From a virus (taxonomy: Duplodnaviria > Heunggongvirae > Uroviricota > Caudoviricetes), in the IMG/VR virus record IMGVR_UViG_3300037461_000469, positions 1 through 29,751 of that record: DNA of 29,751 nt; one strand, 5' to 3'. Position numbers and translations under genes: made by a program. Positions 24,839 through 29,751 of this stretch are shown piece after piece. Each line of letters begins with the position of its first letter. The stretch's first letter is position 1. The notes beneath the pieces were generated by a model. The model worked only from the letters and a program-made list of their open reading frames with translations. It searched no databases and was not told where the DNA came from.

Positions 24839-25193
24839 ATTTCACCCATTCCATACAGGGCATACTCTTAAAGGCTTTTATAAATCCTCTGCTTCTAACT
24901 GTTGCCATTTTCTCTTCCTGTGAAACGACACAAAAGCGTCCATCTTTATTCACAAGCAAGTATCGAGGACAACCCCCGCCCATGACAGTCTTTCCGCTCC
25001 GCTCCCGACATATCTGACATCTATTTCCTGGGCCATTCAAATCAGGATGCAAACGCTTCCAAAGTTCGTATTTTCGTTCCAATCTAGCCAACTGTTCAGG
25101 GGTCAATCCAAACCCCATTTTCAAGTCGCTATCATCGTACCATTTCTGATAATACTCAGAATACAAATCGTTTTCTAAGATGCCTGTACGCAT
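24831..25193 (-). CDS. Cys-rich array protein (first of 14 in transcription order)
   Basis: KYELWKRLHP..CQIC..CP..CMEWVKYV. Directly downstream of the promoter at 25221-25249. Confidence 0.82.
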   Translation of the reverse strand: MRTGILENDLYSEYYQKWYDDSDLKMGFGLTPEQLARLERKYELWKRLHPDLNGPGNRCQICRERSGKTVMGGGCPRYLLVNKDGRFCVVSQEEKMATVRSRGFIKAFKSMPCMEWVKYV

Positions 25194-25220
25194 ATTAATT
25201 CCATTCTAATCCACAACTAT

Positions 25221-25249
25221 ATTATATCACATCTTGCCCCATCTGTCAA
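25221..25249 (-). promoter_or_regulatory. Sigma70 consensus promoter heading the 14-gene array
   Basis: TTGACA-17 nt-TATAAT with TGTGA extension. Confidence 0.8.
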
Positions 25250-25747
25250 CCCCGCTTCGGGTGTGTAAGATACCTAGTGTCGTTAGTGTTCAAACGATAT
25301 CAAAGTGATATTACTATCGGCACAGGCTTAGGGTCGCACAGGGCGAACGATAAGGCACATTCCCGCTTAAAACGCATCAGAACGCAATCTATCTAAATTT
25401 TCAATCGTTAGAAATATAACGAATACCTTATGATTCATTCCGAATTCAAGCCCAACCGTCAGACCCTACGAATTTTCGCACCCTACGAATTAAATAAACC
25501 CTGCGCTTTTTACGCAGCATAGGGCCAAATTTCTACCCTAATCGTACTTAATTTGCGAAGAGTGCCGATACATCCGAACTATTCGAAATATCCTGAAATG
25601 CCTGAATCTCCACTCCTACTTAACGAATCGTAATATCGGCCTGATTTGACCCCAAATTAATCACCAGTAGACCCACTAAAACTGCCCTTTAAAGTAGTTT
25701 AAATTGTAAAAGCCATAGAGCGGATATAATTTTCACTCGGATGAGTG

Positions 25748-25767
25748 TTTTCAACGTTCGTTGAAAA
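25748..25767. repeat. Perfect 9-2-9 inverted repeat TTTTCAACG-TT-CGTTGAAAA
   Basis: Read directly from the sequence. Possible operator or hairpin. Confidence 0.7.
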
Positions 25768-25775
25768 AGGGGTAG

Positions 25776-25818
25776 AAAATGAAAAGGGGCTTCAGGCTGG
25801 CGAGAACCTGAAGCCCCT
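25776..25818 (-). terminator. Rho-independent terminator after the AAA+ gene
   Basis: 12-bp stem AGGGGCTTCAGG/CCTGAAGCCCCT with a 10-nt loop, followed on the - strand by TTTCATTTT. Confidence 0.85.
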
Positions 25819-25831
25819 AGAGATAATAAGG

Positions 25832-27172
25832 TCAGTCGATATCAGCCAACGAACGCCACTTGCTGAAGATGAGGCCGTAGATGTCCACGATGTCATCGCC
25901 CTCAGCGTTCTTCTCAACCTTGACCTTGCCGGCCTTCAGAGCCTTCTGAAAGCCCTTGTCAATCTTGTCGAGAGCGTCCATATCATCCTTCACGTTGACG
26001 AGGAACAGGATGGTTAATTCCTCACGGTTGTCGGTCTTGTCCTTCGGGTTCTTCATGTTGACGAAATACTGAAAGACTTCGAAGGCACGGTCATCGCTGA
26101 ACTTGGCAAGCAAGTCCTTGTTGAGCAGGGTGTTGCCGACCTTCTGCGAGGCCACGAGTTGCAGAGCGACCTCTTCGTAGTACATCTTCTTGTCCACGAG
26201 CGTCTTGACATCGGGGATGTCCTTCGTCAGTTCCTTGAAGGTTTCGAACTTTGCGGCACACGACTGACCCACGCTGTCAGCCACGGCATCGTACTCCTTC
26301 TCACCGAACTTGACCTTCATCAGAGCCTTTTCCCACGAACGGAAGGTCGGGAAGTTGCCCTTGCCCAACTGACCTTCGATATGATAGAGAGCATCCTTGT
26401 CCTGCTCCTTGCTGAACTGAAGGAAGGCCACCATCGTCTCATCGTAGCCGTGATTGCCTTGACTGACGTACTTGACGAAGCCTTCGTAGTCGATGTCAAG
26501 GCTGATGTGGTCGAAGCGGTTCTCCAAGGCCAACGACATTTCGAAGTGCGTACCCGGACACTCAGGCGGGTTCCCTGCGGCGAGAACAACGCAACGCTCA
26601 GGCAGACGATAATCGCCAACTTTCCTGTCGTTGATTAACTGATAGCCCGCGCTCTGAACCATGTCGGGAGCGAGAGGCAGTTCGTCCAACAGCAAGTAGA
26701 CAGGCCACTTGAAATCGGGGGCGGGAAGGATAGAACTGAAGCGGATGAACCCCGCTTTCTGATTGGCGGTGTCGTAGAAGGGCGCACCCTTGATTTCAAC
26801 AGGGTCAACCTGAGACAGCCGCACGTCCATCAGGACGTAGCCGTTCGGATGCTTTTCGAACTCAGCGATTTCGGTCTTGTTGAACCAATTCCAACCCGAA
26901 GCGTCCCACGGCCGAAGCCGATTGAGCATCGCAGGGTCGAACAGGGGCTTACCCTTCGCATCGACAGCGTTCGTCCACGTCTCACGGCAGATAGCAGAGA
27001 TAATCTGCGACTTGCCGATTCCGGGCATCCCCCAAATAAACAGGGGCGTATTGAAGGTGAAGTTGCCCGAATCCACCGCCTTCAGTCGGCTCACCATCTT
27101 CTGAACGATAGTGTTCCGATACTGCTTCATGTTCAATGACCGAACATTCATGTGTTGTTTTGAACTCGCCAT
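25832..27172 (-). CDS. MoxR-like AAA+ ATPase
   Basis: SD AAGGAG. Walker A GMPGIGKS, Walker B LLLDEL, AAGN sensor, ALENRF arginine-finger region. Confidence 0.88.
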   Translation of the reverse strand: MASSKQHMNVRSLNMKQYRNTIVQKMVSRLKAVDSGNFTFNTPLFIWGMPGIGKSQIISAICRETWTNAVDAKGKPLFDPAMLNRLRPWDASGWNWFNKTEIAEFEKHPNGYVLMDVRLSQVDPVEIKGAPFYDTANQKAGFIRFSSILPAPDFKWPVYLLLDELPLAPDMVQSAGYQLINDRKVGDYRLPERCVVLAAGNPPECPGTHFEMSLALENRFDHISLDIDYEGFVKYVSQGNHGYDETMVAFLQFSKEQDKDALYHIEGQLGKGNFPTFRSWEKALMKVKFGEKEYDAVADSVGQSCAAKFETFKELTKDIPDVKTLVDKKMYYEEVALQLVASQKVGNTLLNKDLLAKFSDDRAFEVFQYFVNMKNPKDKTDNREELTILFLVNVKDDMDALDKIDKGFQKALKAGKVKVEKNAEGDDIVDIYGLIFSKWRSLADID

Positions 27173-27195
27173 TATTGACTCCTTATTATGTCTTA

Positions 27196-27224
27196 ATTAT
27201 AGCACAAATTGATGCGTTTGTCAA
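27196..27224 (-). promoter_or_regulatory. Sigma70 consensus promoter of the AAA+ gene
   Basis: TTGACA-17 nt-TATAAT with TGTGC extension. Confidence 0.82.
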
Positions 27225-27228
27225 GCCC

Positions 27229-27543
27229 TTACTGACCCTTCGGAACCTTGGAGAGCATCGAAAACGGGACGCTGTACTGAGTGTTGGCATACGCCACACC
27301 GCTGTACAGGTTCTTGACGGACACGATGGCCTTCGTCCTGTTCATCTTGATAATCTCGCCCACCTTATGACCACTACGCTTGCTAGTGAACACGACCTTA
27401 TCCCCAACCTTGAAGGACAAGGACTTCAGCAAGGTCTCGTGTGAACGCTTGTGCTTGATGACGCTTACGACCTGATGATTCAGTTCAATCAGGTCAGCCA
27501 TATCCATCTTGCCTATCTCATTCAGTAACTTATCGCTTATCAT
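27229..27543 (-). CDS. Hypothetical protein with an SH3/KOW-like C-terminal half
   Basis: Start moved to MISDK (ATG 27543), because the track's MCYN N-terminus is the promoter TGTGCTATAAT read as codons. FKVGDKVVF..GEIIKMNRTKAIV pattern. Confidence 0.72.
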   Translation of the reverse strand: MISDKLLNEIGKMDMADLIELNHQVVSVIKHKRSHETLLKSLSFKVGDKVVFTSKRSGHKVGEIIKMNRTKAIVSVKNLYSGVAYANTQYSVPFSMLSKVPKGQ

Positions 27544-27549
27544 ATCCCT

Positions 27550-27578
27550 ATTATAGCACAATAAAGGAGACTTGTCAA
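27550..27578 (-). promoter_or_regulatory. Sigma70 consensus promoter (possibly leaderless transcript)
   Basis: TTGACA-17 nt-TATAAT with TGTGC extension. ATG is 6 nt downstream of the -10. Confidence 0.82.
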
Positions 27579-27908
27579 GGGGTTAGGACTGTTCCCTAGG
27601 GTCGTATAAGGGCGTACTATCGGTACTTTACGTAGGGTCGTAGAGGTCGTATGGGTGGGGGTGGGTAGACCCCCTAGGGGAGTAGGGGCGCATATGGGGG
27701 ATATTGTTAGAATATAACGATTGGGCTTACTCAGAGGACTCTCCATTTCCGAAGTCAAATATGTCTCCGTACCACCCACATTTTCGAAAGGGATAGAGTC
27801 TCATATTTTCCCCCGTTCTTACCCCGACTTAAAGGTGTGGAAAGTTCCAATCTTTTCCAACCTGCGCCAGGAAGGAAACTTAAAAACAATCCTTTTTACA
27901 ACTTGACA

Positions 27909-27974
27909 ACCCGCACAATATTGCGGCTTATTCGCAAATAGAGGGTGCTACCCGCACAATATTGCGGCTTATTC
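27909..27974. repeat. Exact 25-bp direct repeat x2 (27909-27933 and 27950-27974), each containing CCGCA-N6-TGCGG
   Basis: ACCCGCACAATATTGCGGCTTATTC occurs twice with 41-bp periodicity. Confidence 0.88.
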
Positions 27975-28045
27975 AACGTGTCCATGTCGTGTACACGTTA
28001 TAAAGACGTGTACGAAAACAATCCTTTTTTGGACACGTTTTAGGA

Positions 28046-28330
28046 TTAGCCTTTCTTGCCGAACAGGGATAACAGCAGTCGGAAGAGCGACATCTTTGGT
28101 ACGAACCACTTACAATTGTTGTATCTGTTCAGATATTCGGGGTCTTGCAGATAGACCTTTTCCTTTTTGTTGTAATGGGATTGGTATGCTGTATTTTCAG
28201 GGTGATTGCATTTATCGTCTACATTAAGACTGTCGGACATCGTATCACAAAATTCGGCAAGAAACCACCAATGCTTGAAATACTTACAATCTCGGCAAAA
28301 TATTTCGTTTCTGATTTCGTTGTTATTCAT
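28046..28330 (-). CDS. Cys-rich hypothetical phage protein
   Basis: CRDCKYF..C..CNHPEN..NRYNNCKWF. Confidence 0.72.
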   Translation of the reverse strand: MNNNEIRNEIFCRDCKYFKHWWFLAEFCDTMSDSLNVDDKCNHPENTAYQSHYNKKEKVYLQDPEYLNRYNNCKWFVPKMSLFRLLLSLFGKKG

Positions 28331-28333
28331 TTC

Positions 28334-28651
28334 TTACTCTTTTGTTTCTTCCCAACTTTCTACAATGAAGGCTAGTTCCAAGGTCTTTTTGTCGGATACT
28401 GTAACCCTGAAACCCCCTGTTTCGATACACCAATTTCTTTCAAGAATGGGAAGGTCTTTTATTTCTTCTAGATGGTCGAGCGTGTCTTTGAAGAGCATGA
28501 GGGCTGTTGCCTTCATTTCAGGGATGTTTGGAACCCTGCCATGTCGCCAAGGCCAATTTAATGTTGTCATAACCTTGTGTACTTTCTCCCAATTGAACCT
28601 GAGAATAATATTGGAAATGGTTAGGTCGAAGTCGTTCTTTTTTGTTTTCAT
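28334..28651 (-). CDS. Conserved phage hypothetical protein
   Basis: I recognise the pattern FNWEKVHKVMTTLNWPW..VP..ETGGF..LELAF from phage hypothetical proteins. Confidence 0.72.
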   Translation of the reverse strand: MKTKKNDFDLTISNIILRFNWEKVHKVMTTLNWPWRHGRVPNIPEMKATALMLFKDTLDHLEEIKDLPILERNWCIETGGFRVTVSDKKTLELAFIVESWEETKE

Positions 28652-28668
28652 TCTTTTTCTCTGTCTTA

Positions 28669-28677
28669 ATTATAACA
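28669..28677 (-). promoter_or_regulatory. Extended -10 promoter element (TGTTATAAT); no -35 at the expected position
   Basis: TATAATTAAGACA is shared with the 27196 promoter. It lies upstream of the ATG at 28651. Confidence 0.5.
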
Positions 28678-28702
28678 TAGTTTGGATTGTTTAGGGTTTG
28701 GA

Positions 28703-28888
28703 TTATTTAGGGTTTGTAGGGTTCAATTTGGAATGGTGTATTTTGGTACAGTTGGGACATATGCCGTGGCTGATTCTGTTTTTGGGAAATTCTTTTGGGA
28801 TTTCCTGTTGAATCCATGTGGGTCTGGATTTGATTTTACCGCAGTACATACATAAGGTTAGGATTTCTACTTGTTTATTGTCGTGCAT
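28703..28888 (-). CDS. Small zinc-ribbon protein
   Basis: CMYCGKIK..W..ISHGICPNC, a widespread CxxC..SHGICxxC zinc ribbon. Confidence 0.75.
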   Translation of the reverse strand: MHDNKQVEILTLCMYCGKIKSRPTWIQQEIPKEFPKNRISHGICPNCTKIHHSKLNPTNPK

Positions 28889-28889
28889 T

Positions 28890-29276
28890 TTATTTGTATT
28901 TAAAATAGGATTCGAATACTTCGGCTACGTGTTCGCGGGAGTATTTGAGGTTGTAGAATAGCCATATCCTGTCCGTAAAGTCCTTTTTCTTTTCGGGAGT
29001 AGGCTCGTATTTCCATTGTTCGGCATAGGCCTTGCACTCGGAACGAAGGCGGTAGGAGCGGATGGCTCCGTAGAGGATATTGTGTATAAGTAAGCCGTGC
29101 GTCCACCACTCCTTCACGTGGGTGAACTCGTGGGCGAGAAGGCCTTTGTCGCGGACGTAGGAGTTACCTATTATTATAAGGAAGGCGGCGGCTTTGCCCC
29201 TTACGACATAGCCCTTGCCTTTTTGCACTTTGTTTACGTAAAGGATGATTGCGGGAAACTTAAATTTGATTGTCAT
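28890..29276 (-). CDS. HExxH zincin-like protein
   Basis: LLAHEFTHVKEW...SECKAY (HExxH plus a downstream Glu). Confidence 0.7.
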   Translation of the reverse strand: MTIKFKFPAIILYVNKVQKGKGYVVRGKAAAFLIIIGNSYVRDKGLLAHEFTHVKEWWTHGLLIHNILYGAIRSYRLRSECKAYAEQWKYEPTPEKKKDFTDRIWLFYNLKYSREHVAEVFESYFKYK

Positions 29277-29328
29277 ACCTATATTTATTTGTTTTTCTGC
29301 CTGTCTGGGCCGAAAATATCATCCATTA

Positions 29329-29562
29329 TCATACGAGTATATCATTCAACACATCGGCAACCGTTGGGGAAACGATAAGGTAGTTCGCCCTGACCCTGCG
29401 GGTTGCGGCTTTTATCCTGTCGCTCATTTGGTAGAAAGGGCAGTAATAGGAACACCCCTTGCACTTTTTCGCCTCTTCGGGGTCGATGTAGGAATAGCAG
29501 AAATGGTTCAGCACCACTCTCAGTTTTTCCTTGTCGGAGAGTTCGCACGACTTCAGTATCAT
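29329..29562 (-). CDS. Small hypothetical protein (CxxC..C plus a capsid-like C-terminal segment)
   Basis: ATG directly follows the upstream TAG. CKGC..C, then ATRRVRANYLIVSPTVADVL. Confidence 0.62.
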   Translation of the reverse strand: MILKSCELSDKEKLRVVLNHFCYSYIDPEEAKKCKGCSYYCPFYQMSDRIKAATRRVRANYLIVSPTVADVLNDILV

Positions 29563-29748
29563 CTACCAACCCCTATCGTCCGGTTTTAAATTGTCCGTCA
29601 TCCCTATCATTTCTAGTTCTTGGTATTTCTTATCTTCCTCTACCCTTTTTTGCAGTTCTGCTTCGTAAAAGGAACAGCCGAAGCAGAATTTGCCAGGAAT
29701 ACAACCGGCGAACACGCAACCCCCGTTCAGGACTTGGTACAGTTTCAT
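29563..29748 (-). CDS. Small Cys-rich protein, possibly array family; may be 5'-truncated by the window
   Basis: KLYQVLNGGC..C..CFGC. Confidence 0.55.
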   Translation of the reverse strand: MKLYQVLNGGCVFAGCIPGKFCFGCSFYEAELQKRVEEDKKYQELEMIGMTDNLKPDDRGW

Positions 29749-29751
29749 TTT

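Larger units (their letters stand above)
21465..24857 (-). repeat. Dispersed 27-nt gene-junction repeat TGY-NNN-GAR-TGG-RTN-MRN-NAT-GYN-TRR (12 copies)
   Basis: Ends at the stop codons at 21465, 21646, 21908, 22134, 22384, 23190, 23446, 23693, 24018, 24319, 24599 and 24831. Each copy embeds an ATG overlapping the stop by 8 nt. Confidence 0.85.

Noticed and set aside
25745-27444. + strand ORFs opposite the AAA+ region (25745..26017, 26159..26638, 26849..27139, 27136..27444)
   Set aside because: These are antisense shadows of GC3-rich genes with no recognisable motifs. The - strand gene has Walker motifs, an SD, a promoter and a terminator.
27544-27561. MCYNRD N-terminal extension of the 27229 ORF
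   Set aside because: It is the promoter sequence TGTGCTATAAT read as codons. The real start is most likely the ATG at 27543.
25462-27639. Inverted 9-bp match GACCCTACG / CGTAGGGTC flanking the AAA+ island as mobile-element ends
   Set aside because: About one 9-bp match is expected by chance between two gaps of about 500 bp. There is no transposase or integrase and no target-site duplication.
29342-29569. Alternative 75-aa - strand ORF overlapping 29329..29562
   Set aside because: It overlaps the upstream stop and lacks the clean TAG-ATG coupling and Cys pattern of the 77-aa frame.
1-29751. tRNA/rRNA genes, integrase or transposase, stop-codon recoding
   Set aside because: I recognised no cloverleaf, rRNA-like or recombinase motifs. 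Genes tile densely under the standard code, with TAA, TAG and TGA all used as stops.

Overview
This window looks like part of a large tailed-phage (or prophage) genome with two convergent arms. No database searches were run: all family calls come from motif recognition. Left arm (+ strand, 6-16821): a virion/tail-fibre-like block with tail-collar, LamG-like and H-type-lectin-like domains, plus four proteins carrying long Gly-X-Ser (mostly GYS) triplet tracts. A glycoside-hydrolase-like TIM-barrel gene follows. Next is a compact modification-like operon: two radical SAM enzymes, a helical accessory protein, two His/Tyr tetrad-repeat proteins sharing an N-terminal motif, a GT-B glycosyltransferase and a CPBP/CAAX-protease-like membrane protein. 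Right arm (- strand, 16845-29748): an early-type region driven by near-consensus sigma70 promoters. It is dominated by about 23 paralogous small Cys-rich genes, 14 of them in one uninterrupted coupled array with a recurring 27-nt stop/start junction. It also encodes a PTP-like phosphatase, a SWIM fusion, a third short radical SAM protein, a MoxR-like AAA+ ATPase and an HExxH protein, and has two repeat-rich non-coding gaps. I saw no tRNA, rRNA, CRISPR array, integrase or transposase. The two strongest candidates for an undescribed system are (1) the twin-rSAM / His-tetrad / GT / CPBP cluster beside the tail genes and (2) the cassette-like Cys-rich gene array.
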